NCBI RefSeq assembly: GCF_006345805.1
Contig: NC_043002.1
Span: 8,804,001 to 8,868,000, forward strand
DNA length: 64,000 bases
Direction of reading: 5' to 3'
Source: Octopus sinensis
Taxonomy: Eukaryota
The position numbers and the translations under genes are program-made. This document shows, piece after piece, positions 25,095-37,437 of this stretch (its first letter is position 1; the number at the start of each line of letters is the position of its first letter). Below the pieces are notes generated by a model that had not been told where the DNA came from, made no database searches, and saw only the letters and a list, made by a program, of their open reading frames with translations.

Positions 25095-25849
25095 AGTTTT
25101 TTATCATCTAATATTTTATACAACTGATGGAGTTTTGAAAATTTTAATTCCTGAAAATTCTGTTGATTATATATCTTCGAGAAAGTGCGCTTGTGTGATT
25201 ACAACAAAAAACACTCATTGCAGAGGTGAGCTCTGCATACACATAATATCTATTTATAGATAACTGAAATGGGTTGTCAAGGGACAAATAATGCCTTGGC
25301 AGTGGAAACAGTGTAGCATTAGAATAGAATACAAACCACCAACTCATCGGCTAGTTATATGATAACTTATAAGCTCTGCTAGTTGCTACCTCTTCTGATT
25401 GTGTGTATCACTCTGAAATTAAAATTATAAGATATATTCTATTTCGTGTACACTATTTTCCTTTGAAAACGCTAGACTAGACGCGACACTGAAATACGAT
25501 AAAGAGAAATAGAATTAATAAATGTTAAAACAGATCGTTGAATAATTTTCAAAAGAACAGACGACATTGACTTTATTTCTGAAGTTTGATCATAGCATAA
25601 ATATCTAGAAAAGAATTAGTATGGATATAAAATCGTTGAGGAATATGAATATTCGTTCGTGTCAATGAGACGATATTTTATGTTTTTATCGCATGCCATA
25701 AACAGGTGTAACAGTTATGACACGGCCATCCATGATATTGTCACATCATAATTGCTCATAACACTGACAGTCGACGCGTTTTAACAATGTCGTACTCAAA
25801 TTCAATCGGTAGTGAATCCTATTTGGTGTGCGTGAAAGGAAAAGAAGTT

Positions 25850-26230
25850 TAAATCCATTCCCTCCTCACCGTGGTCGGGACGCTGGCAACGGGTAGTGTC
25901 AGAGCTTTGCCGTCGGGAGCTTCGGTTCCTGGTAGGGCCACCCAAGGCGGATTGGTCTGACAGCGAGTGGTATTAGGGCCACAACCTCGGAGTGTCTGTT
26001 TCGGCAACCGACGTCTCCTCGGTCGTTCTGTCTCTGCGTCTGCGGACAATCTGCGGCAAACAGGATGTCTCTACATGCAGGATTGTTGGGGACCGCTTGT
26101 GAAATCCACATATTCCCACGAAACTTCTTCCATGAATTCTCAATGGCGAATGTTCGAGATGCCTTGAGGGTGGTAGAAGAAGCCAACTCAACCCGCCAAG
26201 GGTGAATGTCGCCACAAGTACAAGTAAACT
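25850..26230 (+). mobile_element. Short RTE-derived element (5'UTR-like part joined to 3' end with CAAGTA tail)
   Basis: GGTAGGGCCACCCAAGGCGG block (recalled similarity to RTE/BovB 5' regions) plus a 3' end reading NVRDALRVVEEANSTRQG*MSPQVQV; second copy at 57040-57430. Confidence 0.6.
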
Positions 26231-26454
26231 GTAGATACAACGACTTTTAGGAATGAATTCAATATACTTTTTCATCAAATTTATTGACAGAATCATAATT
26301 GCCAAAATATAATCTTCTGTCCCCAACTCTCATCACTATTAGAAATAGCAGCCGAACTATCTCCACATAAAATCCAACCGAAGAACAGTGCCATTACATC
26401 ATGCATCATTATATAGATATGCTACGGTTACAAAACCTTTGATAGTCGAGTGTG

Positions 26455-26867
26455 GGATCTTTTCGGTTTGAACGGCAGTTTTTTCTAGCGGTGTCATATG
26501 AAATTGTCACCCATAATTATGACCCTAGTATCGATCTATTGCATTTCAATCTGTTTTAGGGTTAGGGGTGGGGGGAAGGGTATCTTTTTTTCTTCACAAA
26601 TGTAAATTAACCCAATCTGTTTCTTAAACGAGGGACATATTCATACGGCACAAAATGTTTTCACCTCAATAGACGTCATTGATTGGTTGAAATTGCAGAA
26701 ATTGAAGAAAAAAACAACAACAAATATCTTACAAACTATAGAATTTTCTCAATAAAGCCAAGAGAAAAAGATGTTTTATAAACACATTCTACCAGTATAC
26801 GAAGTTTAAAAGTGTTTAGTTACGTGGAAATTATTTTTAAAAATTGCCGTTCAAACCGAAAAGATCC
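26455..26867 (-). mobile_element. GGATC-ended MITE flanked by a 145-bp direct duplication
   Basis: TIRs present; 26310-26454 matches 26868-27012. Confidence 0.9.
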
Positions 26868-27075
26868 TAATTTTTTGTCCCCAACTCTCATCACTATTAG
26901 AAATAGCAGCCGAAATATTTCCACATAAAATCCAACCGAAGAACAGTGCCATTACATCATGCATCATTATATAGATATGTTACGGTTACAAAACCTTTGA
27001 TAATCAAGTCTGCTTGAATAGGATAGACCTGGGACTAAACAGCCGTAAATAATATTATAATTGATATAATCAACA

Positions 27076-27410
27076 TTATTATTATTATTGAGTGAGAGAG
27101 CAGTTCATGCCATCAAAGTGACACCGGGGTAAAATATACGAAGCCCAATATACCCATCATGATTACCCGTCTGATAAGAGTACACCAGGCACATGCATCA
27201 CAACCATATGTGTGCGACATGGTGATCTCATATCAAGATAAACAGCACATGACCTTGAAGGTGGGGCCCAGTTAGAATTTTCTTCAGGTTGAGTAGCCCA
27301 TCCCACACAAAAGGTCCCTCAATAGGGGTTGTTTAAGGATGTTGAACGAACCACCCATGTTTCCAGAGGTGAACTATTCAAACCCCAAAGAATCCCTCTC
27401 AACACATGGC

Positions 27411-27456
<46 letters not shown>
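27076..27456 (-). mobile_element. Probable R4/Dong-type LINE 3' end embedded in (TTA)n
   Basis: ~320-bp complex repeat bounded on both sides by (ATT)n; Dong elements are known to target (TAA)n; no ORF to confirm. Confidence 0.5.
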
Positions 27457-27458
<2 letters not shown>

Positions 27459-27459
27459 G

Positions 27460-28384
27460 CAGGACAGTTTAATTGACTTCATGCATTTCTGTGACTGTTA
27501 TGCTACAAAACTATGGCTTTAAGTCCAACATAAAATTTACGTCTAGTTTTTCAAAAACTAGCATTGAATTTTTGGACACAAAAGTTAAGTTTTCTGGAGG
27601 CAGAATAGTGACAGAATTATTTTGCAAGCCCACGTCATCCCACATTTATCTCCACCGCTGCTCCGATCATCCACATCATATAATTCGCTCAAATCCGAAA
27701 TGCCAATTTTTGAGGACAAAACGGATTTGTACTTACATAAGGGGATTACTGGAAACATGCAAATGTTTTTGTACACCATTGTGTCAAACGCGGTTATGGT
27801 GAATCACGATTAAAGGAAATAGCAAATGAGATAGCTAAGATTAGCAAAATAAGTCAAACCTTCACACATAATTTTAGCAAACATAATGCAATATGTGACA
27901 GAAATCCTTTAGTGATTAACTGGCACCAGTATTTCATGAAATTTACCAGCATGTTGCGAGAATGTATCCTCGTTTCAAACAGATATCTCCTCAGTCGCCT
28001 ATTGTAGCCTTTAGACGGAATAAAAATATAAGGGGTCTATTGACCTCTATTTCTGACTCCAAGGAAACAAGCATTGGAATATCTGCACGCTGTACCTTGA
28101 AAAACAGCCGCAAGGAAGGTAAGCCCTGTTCGTTGTGCAACAACATGAGTCAAGTGAATTCCATCAGCAATCATAACAGAAATGCTATGATTTATACAGA
28201 AGGTGGAACATGTAAAGATTCCCATTTGGTGTACGCGGCAGAATGCACAAAACACAACTTGATTTATGTTGGTTGCAAAAGATTTAATGGGCACAGATTT
28301 GACATCAGGCACAATAACAGTGGTTCGACAGAACTTGCTGAACATTTCGTGTCAAGCAGCTGCAATTTTGGAAAAGACTTGAAG
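27460..28384 (+). mobile_element. Penelope-like element: RT thumb, Cys-rich linker and GIY-YIG fragment (frameshifted)
   Basis: IKFTSSFSKTSIEFLDTKV...KPTSSHIYLH..SDHPHH; PIVAFRRNKNIR; LVYAAECTKHNLIYVG..KRFNGHR. Confidence 0.88.
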
Positions 28385-28567
28385 GGAGGAGGAGGAGGAG
28401 GAGGAGAAGAAGAAGAAGAAGAAGAAGAAGAAGAAGAAGAAGAAGAAGAAGAAGAAGAAGAAGAAGAAGAAGAAGAAGAAGAAGAAGAAGAAGAAGAAGA
28501 AGAAGAAGAAGAAGAAGAAGAAGAAGAAGAAGAAGAAGAAGAAGAAGAAGAAGAAGAAGAAGAAGAA
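28385..28567. repeat. (GGA)n plus long (GAA)n microsatellite
   Basis: Direct reading. Confidence 0.97.
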
Positions 28568-29015
28568 ACAGGATCGAAGCGATCAATACTTTAGCCATAA
28601 CAGTCGTGACTTACAGTTTCAATATCATTAACTGGTCAGTTACTGAAATATGTAAACTTGACAGAAAAATACGAAAATTGTTGACAATGCATAGAATGCA
28701 TCATCCCAAGGCAGATATAAAAGGACTTTACCTGCCAAGAAAAGAGGGTGGCCGTGGACATTTACAAGGAAGATTGCCACAACTGACCTAGACACCTACC
28801 TGAAAAACTCTGAGGACTGGACGTTAAAATTTGTCTTAAATCATGAAAATCAGAAAGCATCATACTCAATAATAAAACAGGCAAAAGAATATCTAAGTGA
28901 ATTCCGAATACAACAAATTACAGAATTAGACGTACTAGAAACAAGCAGAGAAAAAGCTAAGCGTATGAAATCCCGTGCTAAAGCTGCTGCCTTAGATATT
29001 GTTACTGATAAATGG
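28568..29015 (+). mobile_element. R4/Dong-like (RLE) LINE ORF fragment
   Basis: RIEAINT..VVTYSFNIINWSVTEICKLDRKIRKLLTMHRMHHPKADIKGLYLPRKEGGRG. Confidence 0.8.
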
Positions 29016-29910
29016 TAAGAAAATCTCTCCTGGATCGATCTTTGCATACATCCTTCCGATATCGATAAAATAATTACTGGGATCAATGTAATCTCATTGC
29101 ATCTGCGAGAGAACCCTATCGTTGTCTGTTCTCAATCGAACCTGTTAACCCTTAGGTTCTCAAACTGGGGTCCCCGGTCCCCTAGGGAACCGTGAAGCGA
29201 TTTTAGGGAGACCGGGAAGCGACCTCTGATTATTGGGCATTTGTAAACCATTATTCGGCCAAAATTGTGTTTACCGAACTGAAAGAATTCTTAAGCCAAG
29301 TTGTCACAGAACAACCTTTAATGAAGGCTTCAAATTGAAGGTCCAAGAGTTAAGCTCAGACAAGGGTTGCAAAAAACCCTGTCACCACCACTGCAGTACA
29401 CTTGTTGACATAACAACGGAGGCTGTATCCAAGCGTCTGCCAGGCAAGTGGAACTAGGTGTGAGTAGGTCACCATAGCCCTGAAACAAAAACACCGAGTC
29501 TCGTGACCGACATTAAGAGGTGGAAAGTTGCACTGAGAATGCACGCAGTTTATCTGTTTATCCCCCTGTGATGAGATTTAATGAAGGATAAAACCCATCA
29601 TCCGCATTTCTCTTTGTGTTATTGACCTTATTACATGTTTCCTGTTGAGTGAATTTTTTCCTGGCCTAGTTACGCTGACTCAATTACGTGACCTTTGTAG
29701 CCTCTCTCTCTCTCGTTAGTGATCTCGAAGTCAACTCGGTCAAAGAACCCTTTCTCTTAACGACACAATGCCCTTAGTCATCCTTGGCTAAACATGTCTG
29801 CTCTGCCTATCAGTGCACGATTCTTGATTCTTCCGGAATTCAGTTAGTGTGGTATTGACAAAGTTCATCATCAACTTCCTACACATTGATCCTTGGATCT
29901 AATCTTTACA

Positions 29911-29941
<31 letters not shown>

Positions 29942-29957
29942 GTCTCTCTCTCTCATA

Positions 29958-30356
29958 TCTTTATATATAAAACTGAAGTTGTGTGAGAGTCTGTCTCCTA
30001 CGATTTAGATTCCTAACTACTCCCACATTTTGCGGTGCAGTTTAACCAAAACCGGGTATCTTATAGTCGTGATTCATATCGAGCCCTTCTGGGTATTAGC
30101 GCGCGTCTACGATGAGTCTACGATTAAAAAAAAATTTACCATCATTTTTTTCCATTTTAATGCATTTTTTCGCTATTATATAAGGGAAGTAACTATCTAA
30201 AAATGTCTACGATGAGTCAACGATTTAAAAAAAAATTTACCATCATTTTTTTCCATTTTTAATGCATTTTTTGGCTTTTTTTGGCTATAACTCTCTAAAA
30301 ATGCTTATATAGTTATTTCCCTTACAAACCCGAGCAACGCCGGGCGATACTGCTAG
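29958..30356 (+). mobile_element. Non-autonomous Helitron, subtype 2
   Basis: TC...CTAG ends, hairpin, internal duplication as at 14200. Confidence 0.88.
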
Positions 30357-30400
30357 TATATATATATATTCTTTATTAATAAAACTGCAAAAACATCACA

Positions 30401-30446
30401 AAAACTGTTACTCAGAGTTTCACGTTCCCGTTCGTCGGACAGTTTT
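30401..30446 (-). ncRNA. Type I minimal hammerhead-ribozyme-like motif (CCGACGA core variant)
   Basis: Minus strand AAAACTGT-CCGACGA-ACG GGAA CGT-GAAA-CTC T GAG-TA-ACAGTTTT: 8-bp helix I, 3-bp helix II, palindromic helix III, GUA triplet. Confidence 0.65.
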
Positions 30447-31032
30447 GGTTTAGAATGGAACAAAATAAGGATAACCGTTATACAATTACTTTGATAGATA
30501 CACATTTGAAAATGGTTTTGTTTCATTGGTCCTTTCAGCAAACGGTCTTTTCAATTACTGGTTATAAGAAATTACAATTACGATTTAAAATCATATTCTT
30601 ATAAAAATCGAAGAAAGCTTTAAATAAAAAAAAATAGCTTTAGTAGAAAGGAAAAAGACCTGTATACCCAGAGTAAATTAATTAATGGTAAAAAAATAAT
30701 AAATTTATATAAATTAAAAAGATATGTCCGTTTAAAATAAAAACATTCGCAAAGAAGTAGCATCATAAAAATACATATACATCTAGTAATACATACACAT
30801 ACCAAAAAACCTATATAAACATATATACACTAAACGTAGAAGCGTTGGTACATGGCTACATACATATACAAACAAATACAGACAAAACATAAATATATAC
30901 AAATGCATATATAGGTATCCACGTACATATATATACACACATAATATTTCTCCGTGTGTGTTTCAAATATACAACTTAGTTGTTACAAGCTAGAGAAAGA
31001 AAACGAAAAGAAAATCAGAAAGCAATCATTCG

Positions 31033-31078
<46 letters not shown>

Positions 31079-31079
<1 letters not shown>

Positions 31080-32640
31080 TAGCTGGTGTACCCGGTAATT
31101 CCAGAGGTTACAGATGTCCTATTGAAACGCCTTATTCCTCTGATATAAGAAAGCAATTTCGTTATAACCGCCACAAAAGATGTATTTTCTGTCATGAAAA
31201 AGTACAAAAAAAGTCAGCTGGAGGAGGGAGAGATTGTTGGAGGTTGGCGAGAAAGTACTCTGACCCGTCGTGGCATTTCAAAGAACTTTATGAAGACTAA
31301 TTTATTAAAGGTAATATATAAATGTAGTATATATGTATATAAATATATGAATGAAGTGTTTAATGTTTAAGAATGAAATGAAGAAAGTGCAATAATAACG
31401 TTCACACTCACTGATGGTCGCTCTCAGTAACTGCCTTTATCTTACGGTGTTCTTGTTTTTATAACTATCGAAAAGCAGCCAGAAGGATAGACATATTGTT
31501 GAGAACAAATTATTTCTTTGGAGGTCTGTTATCTCCATTCCAGCCCCTGCTGGCCTAGAAGAGGTTAGAACGGTCAAGTGGCAAAGACATTATTCTGCTT
31601 AGCGAAAGCATCTGGGAAACTTATAACTGCTGTCATTCACAGAAAAACTATTGTTTTACCGTGAGAAAAGCATTGTTGAAGTGTAAAGTGAAATTTGGCA
31701 ATCGAGGATCGAATCCACGCTATGCCTGCATGAAGTCACTACAGATATGTTGTGGAATATAAAATTTATCTACTGTCATGGAAAAAGTGTAACTGTAAAA
31801 ATGCAGAATTATCAGAGTAATTGGCATTCAAAAAAGTACGTATGTATAGAAATGTATGAATGAAGTCTTTAAGGTTTAAGATTCAAATCAAGGAAGTGCA
31901 ATAATAATGTTCAGCAGTTCAAAACTGAGTAGTAAATGCAGAATTAAGTCAGCTGATCGTTATAATCAAATATTGATCTCTTCGCTAAAAGCTGCAGGTG
32001 GTATGTGGGTTGCTTAAATAAAATATTAGTATTATGTAGTAGATAGAATGCTCTATTGGAGGGGCCCTATTATCGATTTTTTCAACAATCACGAGCTTTC
32101 CAGACATGAGTTCTACTCACGTATCAAGTAAAGTATGAATGTGATATTGTCTGCAAAAATTAGAAATTGGACACTCAAAAATTCAATATTCAAAGTAATC
32201 AAACATAAACAATGAAACGTGTAAAATATTTCTAAATTCGATGACTCAATTAGTTTCATGAAAATGTTGTATGAACTGTAAATAAGCAATAAATATTATG
32301 ATTTGTAAAATAAGTATAAGTGATACAGGGTGTCCCAACTGAATGTGGTGTGGAAGTTTGGTTTCATTTGTTAAGAATTTTAAGCATTCAAAGTATGAGT
32401 TAATTGTATTGGGGCACACTTATAAAATACGTTCTGGAATCAAAAACTTATGTACTGTCATTTATAAATTTTAACTGGTAAAATGCTGAATTATTGGGGT
32501 TATGGGCACTGAAAGTGTACATGCATCAAGAAAGTGCAACAATAATGTTTAGCAGTTCAAAACTGTGAGTACTGAGATGCAGAATTAGGTCCGCTGAATC
32601 TGGAATCAAAAATTTATGTACGAGTTAGCAGAGAAAGTTT
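31079..32640 (-). repeat. Degenerate tandem repeat region starting at a Helitron-like CTAG terminus
   Basis: Recurring AAGAAAGTGCAATAATAA/GCAGTTCAAAACTG blocks at ~31380, ~31890 and ~32528; CTAGCTGGTGTACCCGG at 31079. Confidence 0.6.
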
Positions 32641-32641
32641 A

Positions 32642-33056
32642 GGATCTTTTCGGTTTGACCGGCAGTTTTTTTAAATAATTTCCACGTAACTAAACACTTT
32701 TAAACTTCGTATACTGGTAGAATGTGTTTATAAAACATCCTTTTCTTCTGGCTTTATTGAGAAAATTCTATAGTTTGTAAGATATTTGTTGTTGTTTTTC
32801 TTCAATTTCTGCAATTTCAATCAATCAATGACGTCTATTGAGGTAAAAAAAACATTCTGTGTCGTATGAATATGTCCCTCGTTTAAGAAACAGATTGGGT
32901 TTATTTACATTTATGAAGAAAAAAAAGATACCCTTCCCCCCACCCCTAACCCTATAATAGATTGAAATGCAATAGATCGATACTAGAGTCATAATTATGG
33001 GTGACAATTTCATATGACACCGCTAGAAAAAACTGTCGTTCAAACCGAAAAGATCC
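32642..33056 (+). mobile_element. GGATC-ended MITE
   Basis: TIRs; flanks AAAGTTTA / GAAGTTTA (8-bp TSD, 1 mismatch). Confidence 0.9.
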
Positions 33057-33529
33057 GAAGTTTAAATAAAACAACTGAAATTATCACTTTTATAGATATT
33101 CCTTTCAAAATTCTAAATTCGATTTTCACACATCAACTTGTGGCGTTTAACTTTTTCTTCATTGTGAAAAGTACAATAAAAGAGGGAAGAGGGGAGGGGG
33201 GGGGCAAGATTTTATTTTAATGCGAGTTACAAATATTTCGTAATGTGGAATATGATAAAATGATGGAAAAATTATGAAAACAAAAAATATCAGTTTAGTT
33301 GCTGTTGTTGTTCCAAAGGCACGATGAGTGTGTGGGGCGGGGATGGGAGGGGATACAAACATTTAAAAGATATGTTTTGAAAAGCTTGCCTTCGTTTTAG
33401 TAATACGTGATAAAAAAATAGAGGTAAAATCACCGACAAAAACGGAGAAATACCAATTTATAGGGGACAGATATTCTGAAAGTCCATGTGAGGGGCTCAA
33501 ATAGGTTGAATGATACAAGTATCCTGGAT

Positions 33530-34095
33530 CTTAAATTCTTGATGAAGCCACATGTAAGGAAGAAAGTAGAGCACGGCTAGCCATAGCAAGAACCTCCATA
33601 GAAAAGCTCAACATCTGGAGCAGCAAGATGCCTCAAGTTAAAAACTAGGCTAGTGCGAGCGCTCAATTGACTAATAGGCATTTATGGTTGCGAAGCATGG
33701 ACACTGAACAAAATTGAAGAGAATATAATCAATGCGTTTGAAATGTGGGTGTACAGGAGAATGCTTCGATTCTCTTACAAGGACCTTCGGACAAACGAAT
33801 GGGTGTTATGGCAAGTAGGTGAAAGAGAGTAACTCCTGAACATTGTAAGAAAACCAAAGTTCCTCTATTAAGGCCATTTTCGAAGAAGTAGAGGTCTGGG
33901 AAGCATTATCATGGAAGTAAGAGTAGAGAGTAGTGGATCAAGTGGCAGGCAAAGAGCGCAACAGATGGACAATATCAGAAGCTTGTTAGTCAAAAGTGTC
34001 AAGGCAGTTGGAGAACATGCTCTTAATCGGGAAGACTTTCATTGTAATGTCATTAATGCGCTGCAGGCATACAATAGATGACGACGGCGACATAG
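33530..34095 (+). mobile_element. Degenerate RTE LINE C-terminal fragment
   Basis: KLRLVRAL..IYGCEAWTL..INAFEMWVYRRMLRFSYKDLRTNEWVL; multiple stops. Confidence 0.75.
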
Positions 34096-34106
34096 CGTAC
34101 TATAGA

Positions 34107-34892
34107 AGGCGGCGAGCTGGCAGAATCGTTAGCACGCCGGGCGAAATGCGTAGCCGTATTCCGTCTGTCGCTACGTTCTGAGTTCAAATTTCGCCGAGGT
34201 CGACTTTGCCTTTCATCCTTCCAGGGTCGATAAATTAAGTACCAGTAACGCACTGGGATCGATGTAATCGACTTAATCCGTCTGTATGTCCTTGTTTGTC
34301 CTCTCTGTGTTTAGCCCCTTGTGGGTAATAAAGAAATAGGTATTTCGTCTGCCACTACGTTCTGAGTTCAAATTCCGCCGAGGTCGGCTTTGCCTTTCAT
34401 CCTTTCGGGGTCGATTAAATAAGTACCAGTTACGCACTGGGGTCGTTGTAATCGACTTAATTCCATTTGTCTGTCCTTGTTTGTCCCCTCTGTGTTTAGC
34501 CCCTTGTGGGTTGTAAAGAAATAGGTATTTCGTCTGCCGTTACGTTCTGAGTTCAAATTCAGCCGAGGTCGACTTTGACTTTCATCCTTTCGGGCTCGAT
34601 AAATTAAGTACCAGTTACGCACTGCGGTCGATGTAATCGACTTAATTCCATTTGTCTGTCCTTGTTTGTCGTCTCTGTGTTTAGCCCCTTGTGGGTAGTA
34701 AAGAAATAGGTATTTCGTATGCCGTTACGTTCTGAGTTCAAATTCCGCCGAGGTCGACTTTGACTTTCATCCTTTCGAGGTCGATAAATTAAGTACCAGT
34801 TACGCACTGGGGTCGATGTAATCGACTTAATCCGTCTGTCTGTCCTTGTTTGTCCCCTCTGTGTTTAGCCCCTTGTGGGTAGTAAAGAAATA
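34107..34892 (+). mobile_element. SINE family A head-to-tail tetramer
   Basis: One full unit plus three units each restarting at GGTATTTCGT after AAAGAAATA. Confidence 0.92.
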
Positions 34893-35212
34893 TATAATAT
34901 TACGATTATTATATAATACTTCAAGGTATTTCACTTCAAATGTTATTTTGTATTCATATTGTATTATGCATAATAAGAAATTATTTTCATGCATTAAAGC
35001 GCTAGTATTGCTTGTTTTTATTTGTTTGTATTTTTTTTCTCGGAACTATTTGTCAGAAGGCATTATCATTGTAACGTGAAAACCAATTAAAAAATTGATT
35101 CGCTTTAGGGAAACGGATTATTATTATCATTAAGATGAAAACTAATCGAAAAATTGATTTCGCGCCACGGGATTTACGGCAACTTTTTCAGGACGCATAA
35201 CTTACGTAATAC

Positions 35213-35613
35213 CTTTACTCTTTTACTCTTTTACTTGTTTCAGTCATTTTGACTGCGGCCATGCTGGAGCACCGCCTTTAGTCGAGCAACTCGACCCGGG
35301 ACTTATTCTTTGTAAACCCAGTACTTATTCTATCGGTCTCTTCTGCCAAACCGCTAAGTTACGGGGACGTAAACACACCAGCATCGGTTGTCAAGCAATG
35401 GTAGGGGGACAAACACACACACACAAACACACATACATATATATATACATATATACTACAGGCGTCTTTTAGTTTCCGTCTACCAAATCCACTCACAAGG
35501 CATTGGTCAGCCCGGGGCTATAGCAGAAGACACTTGCCCAAGATGCCACGCAATGGGACTGAACGTGGAACCATGTGGTTGGTTAGCAAGCTACTTACCA
35601 CACAGCCACTCCT
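35213..35613 (-). mobile_element. SINE family B, full length
   Basis: Reverse complement of the 19451 family. Confidence 0.9.
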
Positions 35614-35900
35614 AAATTCAAAACAGCTTTGTATAAAGAAATATTTTGAGGTATGAACATATTGGTTTCAAATTTTAGTACAAGGCCAGCAAACTCTAGG
35701 GAGTAAAGACGGACGAAATGTCACTAAGCATTTTGACCGGCGTGCTAAGACATGAACATAGCAATACTTTCAACATGACGAGTCTTCTCCATAAAAATTG
35801 ACACATATATATACACCAGCGTTCAAATCCCACCGTGGCCAACTTTGCCTTTCGTCGTTGCATCAGTCAAGTATTGAGGTCGATTGTATTAACTAACCAC

Positions 35901-36369
35901 GAGCTGGCAGAATCGTTAGCACGCTGGGCGAAATGCGTAGCCGTATTTCCTCTGCCGTTACGTTCTGAGTTCAAATTCCGCCGAGGTCGACTTTGCCTTT
36001 CATCTTTTCGGGGTGGATTAAATAAGTACCAGTTACGCATTGAGGTCGATACAATCGACTCAATCCGTTTGTCTGTCCTTGTTTGTCCTCTCTGTGTTTA
36101 GCCCCTTGTGGGTAGTAAAGAAATAGGTATTTCATAAGGCGGTGAGCTGCAAGAAACGTTAGCATACCAGGCGAAATGCGTAGCGGTATTTCGTCTGCCG
36201 TTACGTTCTGAGTTCAAATTCCGCCGAGGTCGACTTTGCCTTTCATCCTTTCGGGATCGATTAAATAAGTACCAGTTACGCACTAGGGTCGATATAATCG
36301 ACTTAATCCGTTTGTCTGTCCTTGTTTGTCCCCTCTGTGTTTAGCCCCTTGTGAGTAGTAAAGAAATAT
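35901..36369 (+). mobile_element. SINE family A dimer with a single 15-bp TSD
   Basis: GTATTAACTAACCAC (35886-35900) / GTATTAACCAACCAC (36370-36384). Confidence 0.88.
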
Positions 36370-36521
36370 GTATTAACCAACCACTCGCTTTAAAATTGCC
36401 GGCCTTGTGTCTCAATCAGAAACCATATATACACCCGCACTACAGTGTTCAAGACTAGACAATACTGCGTTGGTGATAGTTCCTCTGTTGGTTTCGCCAA
36501 TGAGTGTTCAATTGTTTAGAG

Positions 36522-36740
36522 CAGTGGTTTTCAACCAGGGTTCTGCGGAACCTCAGGATTCCGCCAGTACAGTCCAGGGGTTCCGCAAGAAGTTACAAAA
36601 CTGCTAAAATCGGCAGTAATTTTTAATTCTCCTGTGCAGATATGTGTGCATAAGACTATTAAATTATTGCACAGGAGTTCCTCGAGCCAGTGGAATGTTT
36701 CCTTGGGGTTCCGCTCCAGCAAAAAGTTTGAAAAGCACTG
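36522..36740. mobile_element. hAT-superfamily MITE (219 bp), 8-bp TSD GTTTAGAG
   Basis: TIRs CAGTGGTTTTCAA / TTGAAAAGCACTG; perfect TSD at 36514-36521 and 36741-36748. Confidence 0.92.
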
Positions 36741-37437
36741 GTTTAGAGTGTGTGCCCTTAACGTGATTCTCAGCTAGAATGAGTTTGACAATGTGACAAA
36801 GCTGGACCTTTGAATTGCAGGTACAGCCAGTGAAGAGAGACAGACAGACAGGCAGATAGACAGACAGGCAGGCTGGGTAAGACAGAGACTAAGTGAGAGA
36901 GCAGAATGAGTTTCATTAGTTAATTGTGAGTATATTTAGCGGACCCAAAAAGAATGAAAAGTAAAGTTGGCTTTAGTGTGGTGTGAACCCACTGCGCATG
37001 GAACTGGAACGATTTATGCAAATCTTCGACATTCTAAAGATTGTTCTAGTTCGATGCCTTATACTATACCCCACCACCAACGTTACTCGAAATATATAAT
37101 ACACTGCACTACTCTATACTATAAAATATCACACTACAAAATCGCAAAACCTGTTAAGAAAAACAACCATAACAACAACAACAACATTAATAACAATATT
37201 TGGTGGGGGGGGGGGCGTGTTTTATTCTTCACCCTTTCATTGTATTCTTTCTTTCTCTTGCACTCTAAAATTTTACAAGGAAAAAATATTTCGTCAGTTA
37301 CACCAGTATATTACGGGTATGCTCCACATCGCTGCAGAGTGTTAAAGGCGAAGTGAATTGCCAGCAAGTTTAAACCTCAGAATTCCACAGGAAGGACGTT
37401 AAAATATCTTAGCTTAAGATATATAATAGTTCAGTGG

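Noticed and set aside
27962-28598. 210-aa poly-Glu and 97-aa poly-Leu ORFs as genes
   Set aside because: Penelope fragment reading into a (GAA)n microsatellite
34107-34892. Regular direct repeats resembling a CRISPR array
   Set aside because: Units are ~185-bp SINE bodies with no unique spacers, there are no cas genes, and the context is eukaryotic
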